Virus record (IMG/VR): IMGVR_UViG_3300023119_000021
DNA: 20,000 nucleotides
Origin: an uncultured virus (IMG/VR IMGVR_UViG_3300023119_000021)
Taxonomy: Duplodnaviria > Heunggongvirae > Uroviricota > Caudoviricetes > Crassvirales
Direction: 5' to 3' (one strand)
A program made the position numbers and the translations under genes. Shown one piece after another: positions 1 to 7,204 of this stretch (positions are counted from its first letter, which is position 1; each line of letters begins with the position of its first letter). Below the pieces are notes generated by a model. The model was not told where the DNA came from. It did no database searches and saw only the letters and a list, made by a program, of their open reading frames with translations.

Positions 1-1
1 A

Positions 2-265
2 ACTAGTGGAGGATTAATATCTGATTATCAAGATTGTGCTCCTGGAACAACTGAGCCTCCGACAGGTTCTTACAATCTATTCTTCTGTGATACAGGCATA
101 GGAGCTGGATTGAGAGTATTGGATGATGGAAATATTGATCCAGGAATGGTAATAGAACATAATGGAATTTGCTACATTGTAGATACGTATTCTAACATAA
201 CAGCAGGAGCATTTAGTGACTACACAGATTATTCGGATTGTCAAGAATGTCTAGATAATTTATAA
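2..265 (+). CDS. 3' end of a Cys-containing putative virion/tail-associated protein (partial, starts before the window)
   Basis: Open frame from base 2: TSGGLISDYQDCAPGTTEPPTGSYNLFFCDTG...GICYIVD...YSDCQECLDNL, ending in tandem stops TAA TAA (263-268), 6 nt before the next ATG. Not in the ORF track because it has no start codon in the window. Confidence 0.8.
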   Translation, partial: TSGGLISDYQDCAPGTTEPPTGSYNLFFCDTGIGAGLRVLDDGNIDPGMVIEHNGICYIVDTYSNITAGAFSDYTDYSDCQECLDNL

Positions 266-274
266 TAAAAAGTA

Positions 275-1147
275 ATGGCAAACAGAACGGTTGTAATAAA
301 AGGTAAAAATGTTGGTCTAGATATCAATAGGATAGCTATATACAGAAATTCAATTAATCCAGACAACTTAGTATCGATAGTAACTAAGGCTGCATTTATG
401 TCTGGGTACGAATTTGAGGATGACGATTCCCAAGATCAATATGTTTGTCAATGTGATGACCCATGCAAAACTGTTGTTAACTTATTTTTAAGAGAGAAAA
501 ATTATCCTCCTACCGTTAATATAACTGGCGCAACTAGTGCTTTAGTTGGATCTAACATAACATTGACAGCTACTGCAACAGATCCGAATGGAGATGTCGT
601 TACTTACGAATGGAACGATGGAACTACAAGTTCAACAAATTCTGTAACCTCTGGTTCAGCTGGGGATGTAAACTATAGTGTTGTTGCTACGGATGTAGTT
701 GGTGATTGGGGAAATGACAGTCATACAGTAAATTGGTATACAACAACAACAACAACCACAGCTGCACCAACAACTACAACTACCACATCAGCTCCAACAA
801 CCACAACAACCACTTCTGGTGGAGGTGGAGGTGGAACCACAACAACTACCACTACAGTAGATCCTGGAACAACGACTACTACGACTACAACAACTACCAC
901 AACAACGACAACTACAACTTCAGCGCCAACAACTACAACAACAACGTGCTTGAATTGTACTCAATACACAATAACTAATGCTGGATCTAACTTTATGTCA
1001 TTCTCGTATACAGATTGCTCAAGTCTTAATACGCTAGGTGTTAGTTTAGGTGCTGGTAGTTCTCAAACATTCTGTTCTTGTACTTATCCAAGTCAAACGT
1101 CTGGAGACAGCAATTACAATATTCAAGATCAAGGAATCTGTCCATAA
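275..1147 (+). CDS. Putative virion surface protein: Ig/PKD-like domain, mucin-like poly-Thr stalk and C-terminal Cys-rich module
   Basis: NYPPTVNITG...ITLTATATDPNGDVVTYEW...YSVVATD is a typical Ig-like/PKD pattern. Bases 740-946 encode about 70% Thr. The C-terminus is CLNCTQYTITN...FSYTDC...FCSC...GICP. A-rich leader. Confidence 0.7.
   Translation: MANRTVVIKGKNVGLDINRIAIYRNSINPDNLVSIVTKAAFMSGYEFEDDDSQDQYVCQCDDPCKTVVNLFLREKNYPPTVNITGATSALVGSNITLTATATDPNGDVVTYEWNDGTTSSTNSVTSGSAGDVNYSVVATDVVGDWGNDSHTVNWYTTTTTTTAAPTTTTTTSAPTTTTTTSGGGGGGTTTTTTTVDPGTTTTTTTTTTTTTTTTTSAPTTTTTTCLNCTQYTITNAGSNFMSFSYTDCSSLNTLGVSLGAGSSQTFCSCTYPSQTSGDSNYNIQDQGICP
740..946 (+). repeat. Low-complexity ACN-codon tract encoding poly-Thr runs separated by AAP/SAP/G6/VDPG
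   Basis: Runs of ACA/ACT/ACC/ACG codons. The mixed third positions indicate selection at the protein level rather than a pure microsatellite. Confidence 0.9.
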
Positions 1148-1164
1148 AATGAAAATTAAATTAA

Positions 1165-2070
1165 ATGAAATACATATGCGCTCAACCTGCTACGAAATAT
1201 TATGCGTGGCAGATAGACACGATGCTTCATAGTTTTAGGACCACTGGAGTTAATTTAGACGATGTTCATATAGTTTGCGCAATACATGGAGAAATAGACC
1301 CATACTTTGACAAGCTTATGAAGAAGTATACTGGAGTGTTGTTTTCTTTTTATGAGGATACACGATACGACAAAACATATATATCTTCCATAAGACCTCA
1401 TATCTTAAAAAAACACTTTAAGGCTTTTCCTGATTTAGAGGGAGAAACATTTTTTTATCATGATTGTGATATAGTTTTTACAAAACCATTGCCTTTAGAA
1501 AATATTATTGATAACGATATCACGTATTTATCAGATACAATATCATACATAGGATATAGCTATATAAAATCTAAAGGGGATGATGTTCTACAGAAGATGC
1601 TTCATATTGTGGGAATAGACGAGGCTACTGTAAAAAAGAATCAAGAAAACTCTGGAGGAGCACAATATTTAATCAAAGGAGTTGATAAGTATTTTTGGCA
1701 TGATGTCGAAAAAGATTCCACTACACTGTTTAAAGATATAACAGAACTTAATATAGAGAAAAAAGCCAAAGACCCAACTCACCATGAAATACAAATATGG
1801 TGTGCGGATATGTGGGCTGTTTTGTGGAATATATGGAAAAGAAACATGGAAACAAAAGTTGTGAAGGAGCTAGATTTTTCTTGGTCAGTAACTCCTATAG
1901 GGGAATGGCACAAAAGAGCTATATATCATAATGCTGGTGTAGTAAATAGTTCAACTGGTATGTTCTACAAGGGTGATTACTTAAATGATTTGCCAAATTT
2001 AAACTTAGAAATATCTCCTAAAAAATGCTCTTATAATTATTACAAAATAATCCAATCGGCTCTAATATGA
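1165..2070 (+). CDS. GT-A fold glycosyltransferase resembling peptidyl-serine alpha-galactosyltransferase / hydroxyproline O-arabinosyltransferase (GT96/GT95-like)
   Basis: Ordered motifs YYAWQ..MLHSF, Y.SSIRPH, FFYHDCDIVF (DxD), GGAQYLI, W.ADMWA and AIYHN follow the layout I recall for plant SGT1/HPAT enzymes (YxxWQ...HS, YxxxNxP, DxD, GxP, WxxEMY, IxHY). Confidence 0.7.
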   Translation: MKYICAQPATKYYAWQIDTMLHSFRTTGVNLDDVHIVCAIHGEIDPYFDKLMKKYTGVLFSFYEDTRYDKTYISSIRPHILKKHFKAFPDLEGETFFYHDCDIVFTKPLPLENIIDNDITYLSDTISYIGYSYIKSKGDDVLQKMLHIVGIDEATVKKNQENSGGAQYLIKGVDKYFWHDVEKDSTTLFKDITELNIEKKAKDPTHHEIQIWCADMWAVLWNIWKRNMETKVVKELDFSWSVTPIGEWHKRAIYHNAGVVNSSTGMFYKGDYLNDLPNLNLEISPKKCSYNYYKIIQSALI

Positions 2071-3116
2071 GAGATATTGAACAAATAATAAGGGAAGCTT
2101 TTGGAAAGCATAAAATATCACAAATGCAACTTGACCCTAATGGTCACTGTAATGCTGGGTGTTGGTTCTGTCCTGTATCTATAAAAGGCAATCCGAGTCA
2201 TGCTAAGAAGCCTATGCCTGTTGATTTATTAGAAAAAATAATAAGCAATATAATAGAAGAAAGAGATCGTGAGGATGGGCTGGTATCTAAAAATTTTGGA
2301 GGATTTTACACTTCACATTACAATGAAACTCTTCTTTACCCATACCTAGAGGATTTTTTCAAGATACTTAGGAGATATAAGCTGATGACAATGATTCTTT
2401 CGAACGGATCAACGTTGACTCCAAACAAAACAGACTTAATAAAAGAGTACAAAGACGTTATAAATGGAGTTAATTTGAATGTTCCGATACTTAGTAATGA
2501 CGAACTTTGGGCAAAAAGAGCTGGAATGAAAAAAGGAATGTACCCCAATATGATAAGAAACATAAACTATTTTATATCGGAAATTCCAGACTGGGCTACA
2601 AACGGAATATTTAGCATAGGAATGAACGGTATAAATAATTCAGCACTACACTCTAATGGGGGATGGATAGAAACTGGAGAAAAGTTTCCTCAAGATATTG
2701 ATTTAGATAACGAGCAAGGTGAGAATGCTAGAGAAGTGCGTACAGCAAAGCAAATGTTTCCAACGGTAAGGAATATATATGGAGTGCCTCACTTGATAGA
2801 TAGAGCTGGGCTAATGGATGGGATTATAGACAACAAGAAAGCCATACATAAATACCTAAAAAGAGGTGATGAAAACGCTAGAGTTATTGGTTGTGGAAAC
2901 GGAATAGAGGTTGGAGGCAGACCTGTAGGGTGGATACACATAAACTCAATTGGAGAAGCATTTCTGTGCTGTAATGATTACGACATGGAAGTTGTTATTG
3001 GTGATTTGTCAAAACAGCGTCTAAGAGATTTTTGGGGTAATGAGAATCATATTCAAAAAATAAAAGAGTCTTACGAAGGTATGTGTACTGTTTGCGCTTC
3101 AGCAAGGTTTGAGTAA
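2067..3116 (+). CDS. Radical SAM protein with C-terminal SPASM/twitch domain
   Basis: CxxxCxxC motif HCNAGCWFCP; SHYNETLL in place of the GGEP motif; SNG motif; C-terminal GC...IHINSIGEAFLCCNDY...IGDL...L.DFW...CTVC pattern of SPASM/twitch domains. ATGA overlap with the upstream glycosyltransferase. Confidence 0.9.
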   Translation: MRDIEQIIREAFGKHKISQMQLDPNGHCNAGCWFCPVSIKGNPSHAKKPMPVDLLEKIISNIIEERDREDGLVSKNFGGFYTSHYNETLLYPYLEDFFKILRRYKLMTMILSNGSTLTPNKTDLIKEYKDVINGVNLNVPILSNDELWAKRAGMKKGMYPNMIRNINYFISEIPDWATNGIFSIGMNGINNSALHSNGGWIETGEKFPQDIDLDNEQGENAREVRTAKQMFPTVRNIYGVPHLIDRAGLMDGIIDNKKAIHKYLKRGDENARVIGCGNGIEVGGRPVGWIHINSIGEAFLCCNDYDMEVVIGDLSKQRLRDFWGNENHIQKIKESYEGMCTVCASARFE

Positions 3117-3138
3117 GTAAGAGAAAATCATATATTTA

Positions 3139-3149
3139 GTATCTTTGCA
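3139..3149 (+). promoter_or_regulatory. Bacteroidota-type sigma70 -7 promoter element (GTATCTTTGCA)
   Basis: TATCTTTG (3140-3147) matches TAnnTTTG and lies in the 45-nt gap 14 nt before ATG 3162. A near-identical motif occurs at 5904-5914. Confidence 0.6.
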
Positions 3150-3161
3150 TAAAACGTATAC

Positions 3162-5138
3162 ATGGCAAACTCTGGGATAAAAAAAATTACAAAACTCCGT
3201 AAATACATAAACGGAAGTCCTACTGACGAAGTCAAAGACAACGTAATAACAGATAGTGATTACATCCCTAATTACGTGTCTACAAAAGAATGTCCAATTG
3301 GATGTGATGCTATAGTTAGTGGTAGTGTTTTGATTAATGCGTCAAGCACTGGTTCTGCTGAGTTTGCTTCTACAACAACAACTACAGCTGCAACAACTAC
3401 TACTACTACGTCTAGTCCTGTTTCTGCTGTTAAAGACTACGGAATACAAAATAATGACTTAAATAATCCCGTTACTTTAGTGTATGCTGATGAGTTCAAT
3501 GTTACACAAGAGGTAATAGTTCAACCGAACACTTCAAGTTCTATATCCTCATCCACAGAGCCTTATAGAGCATCTGGAGCTACATCTATATTTATTGAAT
3601 CACAAAGTCCTTTGTATATTCCAACTACAACTACAACAACCGTAGCTCCTACAACAAGTGACGACTACGTTATTGACAATAGCAATGGAACAGAAACTGT
3701 TGTTGTTTCGTTGAGGCAAATGGGATCTTCTACAGCTACAGAGACAGAGATAAAACCTGGAAAAATAGTTAAGGTTAGCTCAGACGACACGGTAACTAGA
3801 GTCTCGGGTAGTACAGATGCTGTGATTACTCAATCAAATACTAGTATCGCACCTACACAAACAGAGTATACTATTACAAATAATAGCTTTTACGAGTCAG
3901 ATGTAATAGAATATAGACCATACTTAGGTGTTACTGATGAAATAGAGTTAAGTCCAGGAGAGACTATAACAATAAAATCACAAGATCCACCAAAAACTTC
4001 TAGCGAGGTTGCGTTTGATACGTTTACTGGTAATGGTACAGATGACACTTTCCAATTAGCTACTGAGCCTAAGAATCAAAATAACATACAAGTGTATATT
4101 GATGACAGCTTTCAAGGCGTTGAAGAGTACAGTATATCTGGAACTGATTTGACCTTCAATACTCCTCCAGCTAACAATTCAACCATAGAGGTTACTGAAA
4201 CAAAGCTTTCCGTTACATCAGGGGGCAATGCTACACAAGAGGCTGACCCTGCAACAATAGAGACAAGGATATGCAATCAAAACGTTATATATAATGATAG
4301 TGAATCGAACGCCATCTTCTCATATCAAAACTGTAATCAAGAGCAAGAGAAAATATCTTTAGAACCTCATGAATCAGCTACTGTTTCATCTATAGGAGAG
4401 CCTACATTAATAACGTCTGAAAGTCCAAATGTTGGAACTAATTTTGCTGTAGAGACTATTGAAAAGGAAATAGGTACAAGCGGTTCAGCAACCCCAGTAA
4501 TTCCAAAAACAACTACTACAACTACAACTACTACTGCAGCTCCTACTACAAAAGCACCAAACACTCAAACAAACGTTGTTCAGCCAGTAGTTACTGATTT
4601 CCCTTCTGGTGAGCCTCAAGAGATAAAAGAGTCTGGTTTAGGAAGGCATAATGCTTCTAAATGGTTCCCTAAGACAATTAAAGTTCCTATTGATAAAAAA
4701 ACTGGTCAATTCAAATTCATATCATATGATAGCCCAGCTTCTATGACGTTATATAAGGTTAAAGATGGAAGCAATCTACTGTTAGATGTTTCAATACTCA
4801 CCAACGGCTATAATGGTAGATATCAGCAAATAATGAGAACTAATCTCATTGGAGAAGGTATGTCTCAAACTGAAGCTAACGAGTACACTAATGACGATGG
4901 AGCTAAAAGAGTTGAGGCAAGAAAACTTGGTAGAGTTAAAAGAAGATTAATTGGATGGAAGGAATTATATAATCCATTCGGAAACAAATGGCACACAGAG
5001 TTTGTGTTAAACAAAGTAACGTCCAATGATTACGTAACTGTTGAAGTTTATCAAGCATCATACAATGGAGATTCTTCTGGAGGGAATCAGGCTATTAGTT
5101 ATGTAGCTAGGTTCGAAGTAACTGGAATACAAAGCTAA
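3162..5138 (+). CDS. Putative tail/virion appendage protein with three poly-Thr linkers and repeated beta-rich modules
   Basis: Three Thr-rich tracts; four degenerate Y.I.N...Y...E..(L/I).P.....(V/I).S...P modules; a FTGNGT..TF.L...P....I.VYID...Q....YSISGT.LTF..PP....IEV domain common in phage virion proteins. Confidence 0.65.
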   Translation: MANSGIKKITKLRKYINGSPTDEVKDNVITDSDYIPNYVSTKECPIGCDAIVSGSVLINASSTGSAEFASTTTTTAATTTTTTSSPVSAVKDYGIQNNDLNNPVTLVYADEFNVTQEVIVQPNTSSSISSSTEPYRASGATSIFIESQSPLYIPTTTTTTVAPTTSDDYVIDNSNGTETVVVSLRQMGSSTATETEIKPGKIVKVSSDDTVTRVSGSTDAVITQSNTSIAPTQTEYTITNNSFYESDVIEYRPYLGVTDEIELSPGETITIKSQDPPKTSSEVAFDTFTGNGTDDTFQLATEPKNQNNIQVYIDDSFQGVEEYSISGTDLTFNTPPANNSTIEVTETKLSVTSGGNATQEADPATIETRICNQNVIYNDSESNAIFSYQNCNQEQEKISLEPHESATVSSIGEPTLITSESPNVGTNFAVETIEKEIGTSGSATPVIPKTTTTTTTTTAAPTTKAPNTQTNVVQPVVTDFPSGEPQEIKESGLGRHNASKWFPKTIKVPIDKKTGQFKFISYDSPASMTLYKVKDGSNLLLDVSILTNGYNGRYQQIMRTNLIGEGMSQTEANEYTNDDGAKRVEARKLGRVKRRLIGWKELYNPFGNKWHTEFVLNKVTSNDYVTVEVYQASYNGDSSGGNQAISYVARFEVTGIQS

Positions 5139-5142
5139 AAAT

Positions 5143-5898
5143 ATGGCAGAAAATACAATAACATTTGATGAAAAAGTATCTGGATGGACTTCATTCCATT
5201 CCTATATACCTGAGTATATGACTAACTTGAACAATAACTTTTTTACATTCAAGGACGGTCAGCTTTATAAGCACAATGTTGAGACTAACGGTAGAAACAC
5301 TTACTATGGTACATCTTACAACACTGAGGTAGAGATTAGCTCAAATGCTGCTCCATCAGAGGTTAAGATATACAAGACTATAGAGATTGAAGGAAATAGT
5401 CCTGGATGGGACGTGACAGTCATAACAGATTTAGACAGAGGTCATATTGATAAGTCGTCTTTTACTAAAAACGAAGAGCTTGACAATACATACAACGAAG
5501 GTATCTACTCTACACACATCAGAAGAAACACGGATGACGAAGTAAACACAGAACTATTGTCTGTACAAGGGATAGGTAACTTAGATCTAATAGCAGGTAC
5601 CACCTATACTTTTGGAACAGTACCAACAACAACATCAGTTGGAGATGTACTGTATCAAGCAGTAGGAGGATCATATAACAGAATAGGAACAATAACGAAT
5701 AAAGACGGAACTACAATTACAGTTGGTACAGCAGCCATTGTGCCTAGTGTAAACGACTTTATATTCTCAGCTAAGAGCCCTATAGCAGAGTCTTATGGAC
5801 TCAAAGGATACTATGCAAGCGTAAGGCTTGTAAGTAACAGTACAAGCGCTGTAGAGCTATATGCTGTCAATAGTGAAGTTAGCAAAAGCTTCTCATAA
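5143..5898 (+). CDS. Tail stabilisation/muzzle-like structural protein (C-terminal-type segment)
   Basis: N-terminal TITFDEKVSGWTSFHSYIPEYM...FFTFK.GQLYKHN, central K.YKTIEIEG and terminal LKGYYA.V.L...VELYAVNSEV.KS resemble the C-terminal part of the P22 gp10-like stabilisation protein of crAss-like and flavobacterial phages. It lies just upstream of the ejection genes. Confidence 0.6.
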   Translation: MAENTITFDEKVSGWTSFHSYIPEYMTNLNNNFFTFKDGQLYKHNVETNGRNTYYGTSYNTEVEISSNAAPSEVKIYKTIEIEGNSPGWDVTVITDLDRGHIDKSSFTKNEELDNTYNEGIYSTHIRRNTDDEVNTELLSVQGIGNLDLIAGTTYTFGTVPTTTSVGDVLYQAVGGSYNRIGTITNKDGTTITVGTAAIVPSVNDFIFSAKSPIAESYGLKGYYASVRLVSNSTSAVELYAVNSEVSKSFS

Positions 5899-5903
5899 TA
5901 TTC

Positions 5904-5914
5904 GTATATTTGCA
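5904..5914 (+). promoter_or_regulatory. Bacteroidota-type -7 promoter element (GTATATTTGCA)
   Basis: TATATTTG (5905-5912) matches TAnnTTTG. It lies between the stop at 5898 and ATG 5918. Confidence 0.6.
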
Positions 5915-5917
5915 GTA

Positions 5918-6406
5918 ATGATTTTATTGGGAAGTTTAAAAAATATAATCAAAAGAGTAAAAGATAAATTTCTACCCGAAAAATCTTTTAAAGACAAGAT
6001 ATCGAATGTATTACAAAGCATATATTCTCAAGAGAATAGTGAGTTAGTGATACATGATAGAGGAAAAATAGTAAGAGACGGCAAAGATTTGTTTCAAATT
6101 GAGCATGATTTTACAGATGGAATCTATTTAAGAAGGATGATACTAAAAAAAGGAACTACAATAGTGAGTGGTATACACAGAAGAGATCATGTTTGGTTCT
6201 TGATGATTGGAAACATAACGGTGTCATCAGAAGAAGGAGTAAATGATTACGAAGCACCTTATATTGGGTTTTCAAAAAAGGGAACTCAAAGAGCTATACA
6301 TGCCAACGAATATTCTGTGTTTCAAAATGTTTTTCAAAACCCACAAGGGTTGAGCGATCTAGACGAGCTAGAGGACTTTAATTATATCATGGAATACAAA
6401 GCATAA
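5918..6406 (+). CDS. Cupin-fold (double-stranded beta-helix) phage protein
   Basis: H.F.DGIY.R.M....G..I.S.IH...H.WFL..G.I.V...Y.AP....S..GT.R....E is a cupin-like pattern. Start moved from 5861 (overlaps upstream gene) to ATG 5918. Confidence 0.6.
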   Translation: MILLGSLKNIIKRVKDKFLPEKSFKDKISNVLQSIYSQENSELVIHDRGKIVRDGKDLFQIEHDFTDGIYLRRMILKKGTTIVSGIHRRDHVWFLMIGNITVSSEEGVNDYEAPYIGFSKKGTQRAIHANEYSVFQNVFQNPQGLSDLDELEDFNYIMEYKA

Positions 6407-6417
6407 AAAATATAACT

Positions 6418-7197
6418 ATGGCAGGAGTATTGGCAGCAGTTGGTATAGGGTTAGCAGTAGCAGGGTCTACTGCTCAAATTATATCTGGTGAATCAAGAAG
6501 AGTTAAAGCTAAAAGAGCTCTACAAAATTTCCAAAGACAAGAGTTAAAAAACATAACTCAAGGATTGAGAGTATCTACATTAGGTGCTGAATTACAAACT
6601 CAAGAAGCTCAGAGACGTTTTTCTACGTCTGTTGATGCACTTAGGTCGGCAGGAGTTAGAGGTTTGGTTGGTGGTCTTGGGCAGCAAGAAATGCAGCAAC
6701 AAAAGCTACAACAGCAAATATCTTCTGATTTAGATCGTCAACAAATGCAGATTGAGCAAATGAGAGTTCAGGATGAAGCAAGAATAAGAGGCATGATTGA
6801 GCAAAGAGAATCAGGACAGATTGCAGGACTTGGTTCTGAAATGGCTCAAGGGTCTAAAATGGTTCAAGCTGGATTAGGAGGTCTTGCCTCTGCTGGTATT
6901 GCTGGAGCTCAAATTGCTGGAATGGGTGGATTTGATGGATTGAAAAAAGGAGCAGATAGTGCAATTTCTTTAGGATCAGGGGCTAAATTTATTGCAGACG
7001 CCTCCAAGTCGCAAATTTCAGATTACAACTCATCTACGAGAAGTGCTGCTGCCGAAGCTTTTGGAGGTCAAGGTAATTTGTTATCTCCAAACTTAAGCGC
7101 CACTCAAGCTTATGTTTCTGCTTCAGGATTTTCTCCAACCATGATGACCGAAAGGAGTAATTATTTAGTTAATCAAATGGACCAGTACCGAAAATAG
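6418..7197 (+). CDS. Putative internal virion / DNA ejection (pilot-like) protein
   Basis: Hydrophobic Gly/Ala-rich N-terminus, Gln-rich coiled coil and a second Gly/Ala-rich hydrophobic segment. First of three genes of increasing size after the tail genes. Confidence 0.6.
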   Translation: MAGVLAAVGIGLAVAGSTAQIISGESRRVKAKRALQNFQRQELKNITQGLRVSTLGAELQTQEAQRRFSTSVDALRSAGVRGLVGGLGQQEMQQQKLQQQISSDLDRQQMQIEQMRVQDEARIRGMIEQRESGQIAGLGSEMAQGSKMVQAGLGGLASAGIAGAQIAGMGGFDGLKKGADSAISLGSGAKFIADASKSQISDYNSSTRSAAAEAFGGQGNLLSPNLSATQAYVSASGFSPTMMTERSNYLVNQMDQYRK

Positions 7198-7204
7198 ATT
7201 AATA

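Noticed and set aside
740..946. CRISPR array or nucleotide-level VNTR
   Set aside because: There is no constant repeat with unique spacers, and third codon positions vary, consistent with a protein-level low-complexity tract.
733..978. 81-aa Asn/His/Tyr-rich ORF, and AAC-rich tract as a possible DGR template/variable repeat
   Set aside because: It is a frame-shifted shadow of the poly-Thr codons. No reverse transcriptase and no paired TR/VR repeat are visible in the window.
3176..3203. A8 run near the start of ORF 3162 as a frameshift site
   Set aside because: The -1 frame ends within a few codons with no meaningful product, and such runs are expected in AT-rich DNA.
5861..5917. Longer N-terminus for the cupin ORF (start 5861)
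   Set aside because: It overlaps the upstream gene by 38 nt and spans the promoter-like motif; ATG 5918 is more plausible.
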